From assembly GCA_048772705.1 (NCBI GenBank), contig JBLWGC010000061.1, positions 13,304 through 77,303 of the forward strand: DNA of 64,000 nucleotides. Direction: 5' to 3'. Below, piece after piece: positions 21,005-32,534 of this stretch. The first letter of the stretch is position 1. Each line of letters starts with the position of its first letter. The translations under genes and the position numbers were made by a program. Under the pieces are notes generated by a model that was not told the DNA's origin, ran no database searches, and worked only from the letters and a program-made list of their open reading frames with translations. The DNA is from Leidyana gryllorum EB-2025a. Lineage: Eukaryota > Protista > Apicomplexa.

Positions 21005-21086
21005 CGACAACTGCTGGATTTGAACCAGCGCGGGCCCGGCCCAGTAGATTTCTAGTCTACCCCCTTAACCACTCGGGCAAGTTGCC
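21005..21086 (-). tRNA. tRNA-Ser(AGA)
   Basis: Intact. Confidence 0.9.
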
Positions 21087-21550
21087 GCTGTAGAACTTGG
21101 CATTTTGCGGCCAGTGGCTTCACATACGGTTCAGCAAGCTTTACTAGGGCTCTCCATTGAAAGTCTACCGACGGAGCTGGCGCGGCAGGGAAGCTCGGAC
21201 TTGGTAACAAGTTCCTTTCGTATTAGTCGCAGAATGTTGTGGCGACTCTTTAGCAGAGATCCCCGCACTTGGTCACGCCCGCGCTCCAACTGGGGACCTT
21301 GAGCTTATTTGGCTCACGCTCTAACCGACTGAGCTACGCCACCACTTCTGCGACGACAGATGACACCGACCCGGATGCTGGATCCCAGAGCTGGAATCAA
21401 ACATCAGAGCCATTTAGACACTGGCGAACAGCACCCAATTTTCTAAGCTGGAGTCAGACGCGCTACATTCCGCCATAGGCCCAAAATCATCCCCCGCTCC
21501 AGACTCATTGCCTTGTGGTCCAACATCTCCGATCGTTCCAAACCATCTTC

Positions 21551-21622
21551 AGGGCACGCGCGGAGTTGAACCACGGACTTGCTGATCTGCAGTCAGCTGC
21601 TCTACCACTGACGTACGTACCC
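21551..21622 (-). tRNA. tRNA-Cys(GCA), D-stem variant
   Basis: GCTGA-CT-GCA-GA-TCAGC. Confidence 0.7.
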
Positions 21623-21933
21623 ACAAACTACCCGTCATACTCGCTCAACTCAATTCTGTTTTCTCTTCTGAAGCAAAACGGCCCGTATTTTTCACGAGCT
21701 TGAACAACGACGAGTCGTGCATCTGTGGTCTTGTGGTAGAATGTGTCGTCGCCACCGAGACGACCCAGGTTCGATTCCCGACAGACGCAGGAGGCACGTC
21801 TCAAACCGCCGTGGCAAATTAGCAGAGACGCTGACAAGCTTGGTGGGCACGAGGGCGGGGCATTCTGACACTTGATGTAACAACCCCCTGAGATAGAATC
21901 GAATGTGAGTTACGCGGTGGCACGGCGGTGATC

Positions 21934-22007
21934 GCTCCCCTAGCTCAGCTGGTTAGAGCATCGGCCTTATGTGCCGAAGGTCGAGGGTTCGATCCCCCCG
22001 GGGAGCA
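21934..22007 (+). tRNA. tRNA-Ile(TAT), intronless
   Basis: TCGGC-CT-TAT-GT-GCCGA; acceptor GCTCCCC/GGGGAGC. Confidence 0.85.
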
Positions 22008-22298
22008 AATCAACCCAATGACAGCCGAACGCGACCGCCGAGTACTCCAGCATTTGACACCTATGAGTGCCCTAGCCGGGCAGGCCGACCAGGAGGCTGT
22101 TTGGTCTGAAGGTATGATTTTTCCTCGCTTAAAAGAACATTGCAACTGGGTCTTGTAGCTCAGTCGGCAAAGCGTGTAGCTGTTCACCACAAAGTCGCAG
22201 TTTCGAAGCCTGGCAGTACCAGGAGCTGCGGCTCCCGACTCTCTGTCAGAGGTCGCAACTCTGTACTTAACTACCGCCAGGTGCCGCACTACTGAGTT

Positions 22299-22371
22299 TG
22301 GACGACCTGGGTATCGATCCCAGTACCTCTCGCATGCGAAGCGAGCGCTCTGCCATTTGAGCTAGCCGCCC
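22299..22371 (-). tRNA. tRNA-Ala(CGC)
   Basis: Near-intact. Confidence 0.82.
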
Positions 22372-22864
22372 AGAGGCACAACCTGGAAGAGCGATTGCAT
22401 TGAGTAGCTGACCGGATGACAATACAACGGTTGACAAGATTGGGATTCGAACCCACGCCCTTTCGGACTGCGGCCTTAACACAGCGTTTTAGACCACTAG
22501 GCCATCTTGCCGGAATGTTGTTGGCTCGCCGCTTTACACGTTTTCTGTTCGTGAGTCAAAATAGAAAGACTGCTGGGGTTGGAGGCCGGCATGTTCAGAG
22601 CGTCCGAGATAGTATAGTTGTAAGTATTTCCGCCTGTCACGCGGAAGATCCGCGTTCGGTTCCCGGTCTCGGAGCACAGTTGGTTTCGCTTGAGATTGTC
22701 TTTTTGGTGCTTGCTGAAAGTTGCGAGCTACAGCCACCGAGGATCGAACTCGGGACGTTCTGCGTGCTAAGCAGACGTCGTAACCACTACACCATGGGTG
22801 CACGAAAGCTTTCCCCAGGCCAAGAGGAGTTGCGAAATTTCAAGAAGTATGAGGACTAGTTGCG

Positions 22865-23497
22865 AGGTCGTATCGGGAATCGAATCCAGGTCGGGAGATT
22901 CAAAATCTCCACAGCTTACCACTGTGCCGTAGGGGGGGCAGGCTGAACAGGCGGCTGTCTGGTCTCGTGGTATAATTCTTCCTCGGGTGGAAGAACATTG
23001 TAATTGGGTCTTGTAGCTCAGTCGGCAGAGCGTGTGGCTGTTAACCACAAAGTCGCAGGTTCGAAACCTGCCAGGACCGGGTTATGCGGCACCGTACTCT
23101 CTAGACGGCAATTGTGCTCTTGGAACCCCTTTCCAAGGTCGCAGACTTAGCCGAAATGCGATTCTCTAGATGTTAGTTGCCCTGACTGCCCTACCGAGGT
23201 GGGCTAACGAGGTGGCTGTGTTGGTTCTGAGGGCAACTTGTCCCGTCGGGTCAGCCGACGACCAAGAGGGCTGTTCTGGGAATCGAACCCAGGACTCTTT
23301 CACCCTAAGGAAGGATCATACCACTGGACCAAACAGCCGACTGATTGGTGCAAATTGCTGGTAGAGTCGGGAGACTGGTCACAACATGTCAAGAACCACT
23401 AAATGCTATGGGGTGTGCACAGCCGGCGACTAGCTCAAATCATGCAGCACTCGCGTAGCATGCGAGAGATGCTGGGATCGATGCCCAGGTCGTCCAA
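22865..23497 (+). repeat. ~0.63-kb direct duplication (partner ~47057-47693)
   Basis: Same truncated Gln-psiPro-Asn-Pro-psiAla order and spacers. Confidence 0.85.
23007..23079 (+). tRNA. tRNA-Asn(GTT)
   Basis: Intact. Confidence 0.9.
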
Positions 23498-23589
23498 ACT
23501 TCTACCGGCTGCACCTCCGGTATCTGAAAACAGAGTCACGACCGAATGGAGTTGCGCCCGATCGCAACCATGTTTAGGCTGATGACTGA

Positions 23590-23661
23590 AGCCTCCTGTC
23601 GGAATCGAACCAGCGACCTTTCGCTTACAAAGCGAATGCTCTGCCCCTAAGCTAAGGAGGC
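23590..23661 (-). tRNA. tRNA-Thr(TGT)
   Basis: TT-TGT-AA; compensatory acceptor GCCTCCT/AGGAGGC. Confidence 0.78.
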
Positions 23662-23725
23662 ATTCCCTGTCCCGACCCATATGAGTTCTTGATGCTGGGA
23701 ATTGCATCATTTCCACCACATCGCA

Positions 23726-23807
23726 CGACAACTGCTGGATTTGAACCAGCGCGGGCCAGGCCCAGTAGATTTCTAGTCTACCCCCTTAACCACTCGGGCA
23801 AGTTGCC
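23726..23807 (-). tRNA. tRNA-Ser(AGA)
   Basis: Intact. Confidence 0.9.
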
Positions 23808-24270
23808 GCTGTCGAACTTGGCATTTTGCGGCCAGTGGCTTCACATACGGTTCAGCGAGCTTTACTAGGACTGCTCGCGCCGCCCAAACCCGCCGGATCT
23901 CCCTTCAAAAGTCTTGCGCTCTACTGACGGAGTTGGGGCGGCAAGGAAGCTCCCCCCGTACCCAAGGAAGGCCCAAGATTCCACGATCAATACAAATGGA
24001 ATTGGTTACTAAGTCCGAATCTGTATCAGAGATCCACTCACTTGATCACGCCGACATACCATGTTTTCCAAGCCGGTACGGCTCTCGGCCGAAGCCCCAA
24101 CTCAACCACTCGTCCACTGTAGTCTAAGTGGCTAGGATATGCGGCCTCACCCGCAAGCTCCGGGCTCAAGTCGGCAGTGGAAGACAGTGGTTGAGGTCAG
24201 TGGAATACTCGAGCAAAGTGCCCAGCAATCTCCGTCAATAGTGTCTGATTCGTGATCTTCGGCCTGCATT

Positions 24271-24342
24271 GCCTTCTTAGCTTAGAGGCAGAGCATTCGC
24301 TTAGTAAGCGAAAGGTCGCCGGTTCGATTCCGGCAGAAGGCT
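24271..24342 (+). tRNA. tRNA-Thr(AGT)
   Basis: Near-intact. Confidence 0.85.
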
Positions 24343-24635
24343 TGACTGCATCGACTGGGAAGCTGCAAAGCTTGAGTCTTTCGAGCTGAGTCTGTTAGCT
24401 CCGTCGGCAGAGGATAAGTCTTCTAGCCACACAGTCGCAAATTGGAACCTGCAGTAGTGTGACGCACCCACAAGCTCAACGCGCCCGAGTCTCGGGTGCT
24501 GAAGTCCAAGGGTAGGATGCGAGCTTTCCATGCTTGAAGCCCTGGTTCGAGTCCCGGCAGTCTCGAATAAAAAAGCCTTGCCGGGATCAACAACGCTTAA
24601 TCACCACACACATCCATTTGATGGCCCCCTTAGTC

Positions 24636-24708
24636 GGCGCTATGGCCTAACGGATATGGCATCGGTCTACGGAACCGGGGATTCTGGGTTCGAGTCCCAG
24701 TAGCGTCT
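24636..24708 (+). tRNA. tRNA-Arg(ACG)
   Basis: Intact. Confidence 0.88.
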
Positions 24709-25055
24709 GGGCAAGTTGTGGGCTTCCAGCCCCTCACAACTGCTGCCACTCAGATTTTGTCTCAGCTGGTCTGGACTTCATCCGGGATTGTACGACTGGG
24801 AGCCGCGTATAGTAGCCGACCTTGGAGGGACGTGGCATTGAGTCAACAACTATCAGACGGGCTGTTCTGGGAATCGAAACGAGGACTTCTTCCACCCGAA
24901 AGAAGAATCATATAACTAGACCAAACAGTCCGCTGTGGGTGCCTCAGGTACTGGCATTGTGGCTGAGAGACTTACGCTCTGCTGGCTGAGCTACGAGGCT
25001 CAGCAACGACGATCGGAGTTTGCGATAAGCTGCAGGTGCCTAGTCGATGCAGTCG

Positions 25056-25127
25056 AGCCTTCTGCCGGAATCGAACCGGCGACCTTTCGCTTATTAAGCG
25101 AATGCTCTGCCCCTAAGCTAAGAAGGC
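25056..25127 (-). tRNA. tRNA-Thr body with AAT (Ile) anticodon
   Basis: Single AGT>AAT change in otherwise consensus Thr. Confidence 0.75.
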
Positions 25128-25742
25128 AATCCAGGCCGAAGATCACGAATCAGTCACTATCAACGGGGATTCCTGAGGCACTTTGCTCGAGTAGTCCAAT
25201 GACTTCCACTGCCGGTACTTGAACCCGGATCGTGCGGGTGAAAGCCGCATATACTAGCCACTTAGACTACAGTTGACAAGCTCCCGAGCTGAGGCTTCGG
25301 ATGAGAGCCGTACCATCTTGATCTGAGGTGGAGCGTCGGGTGAACCAACAATAAAGGGGTTGCAGAATCCTGCGGTAGAAAGAGGAGGGTGTCTCTACCA
25401 ACCTCTGAAACATTGTAGCTAGGTCTTGTAGCTCAGTCGGCAGAGCGTGTGGCTGTTAACCACAAAGTCGCAGGTTCGAAACCTGCAGGACCGTTTCAGA
25501 GGGGCACCCCAGACACTGACTGCCCTGCTCTGGCAATGGCACCTTTGGTCTGCGACCCTTCAAAGATATAAGTTTATTTGGCACCCGCCACGTGCAGCCG
25601 TACGTACTTTGGACGATTTGGGTATCGATCCCAGTACCTCTCGCATGCGAAGCGAGCGCTCTAGCATCTGAGCTAGCCGCCCATCCGCTCTACATGGAAG
25701 ACCTATTGCATCCAGTGGCTGACCGAGTGCCGATACAACGGC

Positions 25743-25822
25743 TGACCAGAGTGGGATTCGAACCCACGCCCTTTCGGACTGCGACCCTAACACAGCGCCT
25801 TAGACCACTCGGCCATCTTGCC
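25743..25822 (-). pseudogene. tRNA-Leu body with Pro-type loop TT-AGG-GT
   Basis: CTGTG-TTAGGGT-CGCAG; one acceptor mismatch. Confidence 0.7.
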
Positions 25823-26304
25823 GGAGTGTACTTGGCTCGCCACTTTACACGTTTTCTGTTCGTGAAGTCTCGAGAAGAAAGACTTTTGAGGTTGAAGACC
25901 CGGGCCCGATGCCCGTTTCGAAACAAGGTCGATTCCGCTTAAGATTGTCTCCTTTGGTTGCCGCTGGAAGTTGCGAGCTACAGCCACCGAGGATTGAACT
26001 CGGGATCGTCTGCGTGTGAAGCAGACGTCGTAACCACTAGACCATGGCTACACGCATGGTACCCGCAGCCCAAGAGAAGTCGCGGAGTTTCAGGGAGTAG
26101 TGAGGATCAGTTCCAAGGTCGCGCCGGAGATCGAACCAGGTCGGAAGATTAAGAGTCTCCAGTGCTAAACACTACTTCACGCAACCCATTCAGTCCTTCC
26201 CAAAAAGGTTGGTAGAGCCATTCCGACTAGCGCTTCTTTAAGCAGTGGGCCCACATACGGCCGCGGTGAGTCCTTCTTTTCACCGCCTTCCATGGCTGTC
26301 TAGC

Positions 26305-26377
26305 GCCTCGGTAGCTCAGTTGGGAGAGCGCCAGACTGAAGATCTGGAAGTCCCGTGTTCGATCCACGGCCGAGGCA
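26305..26377 (+). tRNA. tRNA-Phe(GAA)
   Basis: CCAGA-CT-GAA-GA-TCTGG; intact. Confidence 0.92.
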
Positions 26378-26960
26378 GAGAGGTTGTGAAATCTGGTGTC
26401 AGAACCCCCGCGCCGGTGCGAGCGTTCTGCCCCTCAGCTAACCAGGCAGGCCCTGTCTCGATCACATGAGGGTATGGCTGAGACCGGCTGGGATATGCGG
26501 CTTTCACCCACACGGTCCGGGTTCAAGGCCCGGCAGTGGAACTCCTTGGAGTGCTTCAGCAATCTCCCTCAACGGGGTGAGATGCGTAATTTCTTTGGCG
26601 GATTTCCTTCGTAGCTTAGGGGCAGAGCGTTTGCTTCGTAAGCGAGACGTCGGCTGCTCGATTTCGACAGTGCATCCATAGGCTCTCTAAACAGCGGCTG
26701 TCACCACGTACAAGATGTAGCAACATCGTGTCCTGCATCTGTGGTATAGTGATAGAATGTCTCGTTGCTATCCGGACGGCCCGGGTTCGATTCCCTGCAG
26801 ATCCGGAACCCACGCCTCAAACCGCTGTGGCAAATTGTCAGCGAGTCAAACACGTCGCTGACAAGCTTGGTCGGCACGAGCCCGGCGCATTCTGACACTT
26901 GATGTAACAATCCCCCCAGATAGATTCGAATATGGGTGACGCGGTGGCACGGCGGTGATC

Positions 26961-27034
26961 GCTCCCCTAGCTCAGCTGGTTAGAGCATCGGCCTTATGTG
27001 CCGAAGGTCGAGGGTTCGATCCCCCCGGGGAGCA
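26961..27034 (+). tRNA. tRNA-Ile(TAT), intronless
   Basis: Same as 21934-22007. Confidence 0.85.
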
Positions 27035-27422
27035 AATCAGTTCAATGACAGCCGAACGCGACCCTGAGTGCATAGCAGGAGACCTCGGACGCTACAGTCA
27101 TAAGCCCAAAACTCTCGCACTGAGTTCCACTACTCCAGCGTCGGATATCATGAAGGAAGCCAAATGTGGTTCTTGAGATGCGGACTGATTTTACACCTAT
27201 GAGGGCAGGCCGACCAGGGGGCTGTTTGGTCTGCAGGTATGATTTTTCCTCGCTTGGAAGAAGATTGCAACTGGGTCTTGTAGCTCATCGGCAAAGCGTG
27301 TAGCTGTTCACCACAAAGTCGCAGTTTCGAAGCCTAGCAGTGCCGGGAGCTGCGATATGCGACGCTCTCTTAGAGGTCGCAACTCTATATTTACCTACCG
27401 GCAGGTGCCGCCCTACTGAGTT

Positions 27423-27495
27423 TGGACGACCTGGGTATCGATCCCAGTACCTCTCGCATGCAAAGCGAGCGCTCTACTATCTGAGCTAGCCGCCC
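27423..27495 (-). tRNA. tRNA-Ala(TGC)
   Basis: D-loop variant. Confidence 0.75.
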
Positions 27496-27850
27496 ATCCG
27501 CTCTACATGGAAGACCTATTGCATCCAGTGGCTGACTGAGCCGATACAACGGCTGACAAGCGTGGCTTCGAACCCACGCCCTTTCGGACTGCGGCCTGAA
27601 CACAGCGCCTTAGACCACTCGGCCATCTTGCCGCAGTGTTGTTGGTTCGTCCCTCCACGCGTTTCTTGTCCGTGAGCCGAAATAGAAAGACTTCTGGGAT
27701 TGGAGGCCGGCTTGTTCAAAGGGTCCGAGTTAGTATAGTGGTTAGTGTCTCCGCCTGTCACGCGGAAGACCCGGGTTCGATTCCCGGCCTCGAAACGCAG
27801 GTGGTTTCGCTTAAGATTCTGTCCTTTGGTTGTCGCTGAAAGTTGCGAGC

Positions 27851-27923
27851 TACAGCTACCGAGGATCGAACTCGGGACCTTCTGCGTGTGAAGCAGACGT
27901 CGTAACCACTAGACCATGGCTGC
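27851..27923 (-). tRNA. tRNA-Val(CAC)
   Basis: One acceptor mismatch. Confidence 0.8.
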
Positions 27924-27986
27924 ACGGCAAGTCCCGCAGACCAAAGCAAGTGGGGAGGTTTCACGAAGTAGTGAGGACTAGTTTCA

Positions 27987-28058
27987 AGGTCGCGCCGGGA
28001 ATCGAACCCAGGTCGGGAGATTCAAAGTCTCCAGTGCTAACCACTACACCACGCAACC
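27987..28058 (-). tRNA. tRNA-Gln(TTG)
   Basis: Intact. Confidence 0.9.
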
Positions 28059-29041
28059 GATTTAGCCCTTCTCAAAGAGTTGATAGAGCCATCCGGACTA
28101 GACCTTCCCCACACATGCAAAACGGGTTTTTCTACTAACCTCCAAAATATTCAATTGGCTCTTGCAGCGCAGTGGGCAAAGCGTGTGATTGTTGAATACT
28201 AAGTCGCAGGTCCGCGGTCTCAGGCACCCTAGACCGTATTGCGATGCCAAAGTCTATCCAAGGGCTACAAGGCACAATCAAAGGCTCTCAACTCGGTAAA
28301 TACATAGCGGCAGGTGCAGCCGTACGAAGTTTGGACGACCTGGACATCGATCCCATACCTTTCGCATGCTAAGCGAGCGCTCTACCATCTGAGCCAGTCG
28401 CCCGACGTGCAGTCCCCATCGCATTTATCGGCTGTCAACATAGCATGACCACTCTCTCGACTCTACCCGCGGATTGCACCACCGACCAGTCAGCTGTTTG
28501 GTCTAGTGGTATGATCCTTCCTTAGGGTGGAAGGAGTGTTGGGTTCGATTCCCAGAACAGCCCGCTTTGTTGTATCTTGACCCAACCTGCCTGGCAGCAT
28601 GGTTCTGGGTTCGGGTGATTCTTCGGAGACAGTCGGGGGGGCGTGTAGCGCAGTCGGTAGCGCGTAGGTCTCATAATCCTGAAGTCTAGAGTTCGATCCT
28701 CTCCACTCCCAGGGTCGGAATCGAAATCGCCGACAAACTCATCATGCTATCGTTTTGCATCTGTCGGGAATCGCACACGGGTTATCTTGATGGCAGCGAG
28801 AGACTCTTCCACTAGACCACAGATGCAGAACACGATCCTGTTGACTCTTGTACCTGGTGACAGCCATTCTTTATAAGCCTATCAATGCGTCAAAGCCTTC
28901 TGCCGGAATCGAGCCGGCGCCTTCTCGCTTACGAAGCGAACGCTCTGCCCCTAAGCTTCGAAGGCAATGTAAGTTGGAGATGACGAAACAGTCTCTATTG
29001 ACGGAGATTACTGGAGCACTTTGCTCGAGTATTTCAATGGC

Positions 29042-29114
29042 TTCCACTGCCGGGACTTGAACCCGGATCGTGCGGGTGAGAGCCGCATATCCTAGCCACT
29101 TAGACTACAGTGGA
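29042..29114 (-). tRNA. tRNA-Glu(CTC)
   Basis: Intact. Confidence 0.9.
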
Positions 29115-29346
29115 CAAGTCCTCGAGTTTAGGCTTCGGCCGAGAGCCGAACCGTCTCGGAAAGATTCCACCATCAATACGACTGGAATTTGTTACCAAGT
29201 CCGAGCTTTCTTGCCGCCCCAACTCCTTCGGTAGAGCGCAAGACTTTTGAAGGGAGAACCGCGGGTTCGGGCGGCGCGAGCAGTCCTAGTAAAGCTTGCT
29301 GAACCGTATGTGAAGCCACTGGCTGCAAAATGCCAAGTTCGACAGC

Positions 29347-29428
29347 GGCAACTTGCCCGAGTGGTTAAGGGGGTAGACTAGAAATCTACTGGGCCGTGCC
29401 CGCGCTGGTTCAAATCCAGCAGTTGTCG
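29347..29428 (+). tRNA. tRNA-Ser(AGA)
   Basis: Near-intact. Confidence 0.86.
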
Positions 29429-29503
29429 TGCGATGTGGTTGGAGGGTTAAACACCGACTCACGCATGAATTTCTGAATGGTGGAAAAGCAACCATGTGTC
29501 CTC

Positions 29504-29574
29504 TGCATCTGCCGGGAATCGAACCCGGGTCGTCTCGATGGCAACGAGACATTCTACCACTAGACCACAGATGC
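29504..29574 (-). tRNA. tRNA-Gly(GCC)
   Basis: Intact. Confidence 0.9.
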
Positions 29575-29747
29575 GTCACACCTCGTTGTTGAAGCTCGTA
29601 CACGGTAACGGCCGTTTTCTGAACGAATGGAATGTCCGTGGCGTGTTCAGAGCGTCCGAGATAGCATAGTGGTTACTATTTTCGCATGTCAGGCCTAAGA
29701 AGCAGGCCCGATTGCCGGTAAATGAGTCTGGAACGGGGGATGGTTTT

Positions 29748-29819
29748 GGGCCTATGGCGCAACGGTAGCGCGTCTGACTCCAGATCAGAAGGTTGGGTGT
29801 TCGAATCACTCTGGGCTCA
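29748..29819 (+). tRNA. tRNA-Trp(CCA)
   Basis: Intact; T5 run ~13 nt downstream. Confidence 0.9.
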
Positions 29820-30029
29820 ACCGGACTCTATGTTTTTCCCGTTTGGGACGCAACCTGACAAAAGTGGGATTCGAACCCACGACCTTTCGGACTCCGGTCT
29901 GAGCACAGCGCCTCAGACCACCCGGTCATCTTGCCGGGATGTTGTTGGCTCGCCGCTCCACGCGTGTTCTATCCCTGGAATCTCAAGATGGAAGGACTTT
30001 TGGGGTTTCAGGCCGGTGTGTTCGGAGCG

Positions 30030-30101
30030 TCCGAGATAGTATAGTGGTTAGTATTTCCGCCTGTCACGCGGAAGACCCGGGTTCGATTCCCGGTCTCGGA
30101 G
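30030..30101 (+). tRNA. tRNA-Asp(GTC)
   Basis: Intact. Confidence 0.9.
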
Positions 30102-30156
30102 CACAATTGATCTCGCTTAAGATTGTCTTTTTTGGTGCCCGCTGAAAGTTGCGAGC

Positions 30157-30229
30157 TACAGCCACCGAGGATCGAACTCGGGACCTCCTGCGTGTTAAGC
30201 AGACGTCGTAAGCACTAGACCATGGCTGC
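30157..30229 (-). tRNA. tRNA-Val(AAC) variant
   Basis: TT-AAC-AC; D-loop change. Confidence 0.72.
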
Positions 30230-30338
30230 ACGGAGCTTCCGGGCTGTGAAAGCGGCGTGTGTCTCTGGAAACAGGTATCTGATGGAGGCAGAAGGCTCGC
30301 ACGGGTGCGAAGAATGACACCGAATGTCACACCCTCTT

Positions 30339-30411
30339 TGCCTCGGCCGTGGATCGAACACGGGACTTCCAGATCTTCAGTCTGGCGCTCTCCCAACTGA
30401 GCTACCGAGGC
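30339..30411 (-). tRNA. tRNA-Phe(GAA)
   Basis: Intact. Confidence 0.92.
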
Positions 30412-30828
30412 GGTAGGTAGTCATGGAAGGCGGTGAAAATAAGCACTTATCGCGGCCGTATGTGAGACCCACTCCTCGCAGCATGACGCAATCGACAGTT
30501 GCCAACTTGCCCGAGTGAGGAACTAGTGTAGATCCAGCACATCTTGCGCCCTGTGGCTTCACATACGGTTCAGCAAGCTTGACTAGGGCTGCTCGCGCGG
30601 CGCGAAGCCGCGGTTTTCCCTTAAAAAGTCTGGCGCTCTACCGACGGAGTTGGGGCGGCAAAAAAGCTCGCCCTGTACCCAGGAAAGCGCAAGATTCCAC
30701 GATCAATACAAATGGAATTTGTTACGAAGTCCGAATCTGTGTCAGAGATTTATTCACTTGGTCACGCCGACATACCATTCTTTCCAAGACGATACGGCTC
30801 TCGGCCGAAGCCTCAACTCGAGTACGTG

Positions 30829-30901
30829 TCCACTGTAGTCTAAGTGGCTAGGATATGCGGCTTTCACCCGCACCATCCGGGTTCAAGTCCCGGCAGTGGA
30901 A
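30829..30901 (+). tRNA. tRNA-Glu(TTC)
   Basis: Near-intact. Confidence 0.85.
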
Positions 30902-31063
30902 GTCATTGAACTAGTCGACCAAAGTGCCACACTAATCTCCGTGAATAGCCATTCTTTCGTTATCTCCGGCTTACAGTGCCTTCTTAGCTTAGGGGCAGAG
31001 CATTCGCTTAGTAAGCGAAAGGTCGCCGGGTCGATTCCGGCAGAAGGCTTTGATGCATCAAGA

Positions 31064-31136
31064 GGGCTGTTCTGGGAATCGAACACAGTACCTCTCGCAT
31101 GCTAAGCGAGCGCTCTACCATTTGAGCTAGTCGCCC
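31064..31136 (-). pseudogene. Chimeric tRNA: Ala(AGC) 5' part + Pro T-arm and 3' end
   Basis: ..GCGAGAGGTACTGTG | TTCGATTCCCAGAACAGCCC. Confidence 0.85.
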
Positions 31137-31251
31137 ATTCAGCAAATCTCAGTACATCCAGTTCTTTTCACATGGTATGACCAATCTCCCAACTGCATCG
31201 ATCACTTTCACCAGTTTGTGCTCCACTTTGCACGAACGAAGGCACGCAGGA

Positions 31252-31324
31252 AACGGCTGGAGGGACTCGAACCCTCAACCTTTGCCTTAGGAGGGCAACG
31301 CGCTATCCATTGCGCCACAACCGC
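31252..31324 (-). tRNA. tRNA-Arg(CCT), single copy seen
   Basis: TTGCC-CT-CCT-AA-GGCAA; acceptor GCGGTTG/CAGCCGT. Confidence 0.86.
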
Positions 31325-31424
31325 ATTCGGCACGCATCCGACTTTTGACTGGGACGAACGCGGGCTGCCCCGAGGTGTCTCCTCTTTCACCCAACCAGTA
31401 TCCAGATGACCGAAGCCTATCCAT

Positions 31425-31497
31425 GGTGCGGTGGCCTAATGGATAGGGCATCGGTCTTCGGAACCGGGAGTTGTGGGTTCGAGTCCCATCCGCATCA
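31425..31497 (+). tRNA. tRNA-Arg(TCG), single intact copy seen
   Basis: TCGGT-CT-TCG-GA-ACCGG; acceptor GGTGCGG/CCGCATC. Confidence 0.86.
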
Positions 31498-32534
31498 TAG
31501 CCTCTCACTCGGAAGACGTTCCGTTTCGACCGAGGCAAGCTTGCTAGCTGTATGGGGAGCCACTGCCGCGCATGTCGAGTTGAAGTGCTAGTGATATGAT
31601 TTTCCTTCGCTTGTGGGAGTGTTCGATTCGATTCCCGAGCAGTCTGTTTTTGAGTATGTTGCAGACAGCTCAACGCAGAAAACGCCCGAGTCTCTCGGGG
31701 TGCTGCAGCTCTTACGAAATTGCACTTGTGGTCTAAGGGTAAGTTACGACCTTGGAAGGGTCCAAGAGAACAAGGGCCGTTGAGAGTGTACACCGTCGCA
31801 CAACCCGGTCCTGGCAGGTTTCGAACCTGCGACTTTGTGGTTAACAGCTTCACGCTCTGCCGACTGAGCTACGAGACCCAGTTACAATGTCCTTCCACCC
31901 GAGGAAGAATCATCCACTAGACCGAACAGCTCCCGTTACGGCACTGAGAGGTGGGAGAACTGTCCGCATCTCAACAGCCAGCGTTTCCGCTTCCTTCATC
32001 ATGTCCGCGAGTGAGATGTCAGAATCTATGATGCGGATGGGACTCGAACCCACCACTCCCGTTCCGCAGCCAGATGCCCCATCCATTAGGCCACCGCACC
32101 ATGGACAGGCTGCGCTGAGTTCGATTCCCAGAACCAGCCCGTTTTGCTCTCGATCGACCCGACACTCCACCTTTTTTAAGACGATACAGCTCTCCACCGA
32201 GGCTCCACTTCCCGGATCTTGTCCACTACAGTCTAAGTGGCCAGGTATGCGGCTCTCACCCGCACGCTTCAAGTTCGAGTAGGTCAATGCGATCCCAGTG
32301 AATTACTCCAGCATCGCCTTCTGCCCACCGGACCGCCGGACTGGAGCAGGCGTCACTGGAACTCGAGCACAGAACCCCCACTTCGGTAAAACGATACCAT
32401 ATCCATCAGGCCATGGTGCCGGTCGGCAGGGGGAGTAAGCTGAGGTACCTGGGAGAAATAACACCCAAGCTTGCGGTGGGATAGAAACGAACCGCAAGAA
32501 ATCCGATGCCACAACCATCCACAATGCGGGCGGA

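Larger units (their letters stand above)
29500..30230 (+). repeat. Block Gly-psiAsp-Trp-psiLeu-Asp-Val; inverted copy ~62895-63620; related inverted copy ~20500-21140
   Basis: Mirrored coordinates sum to ~93124. Confidence 0.88.
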
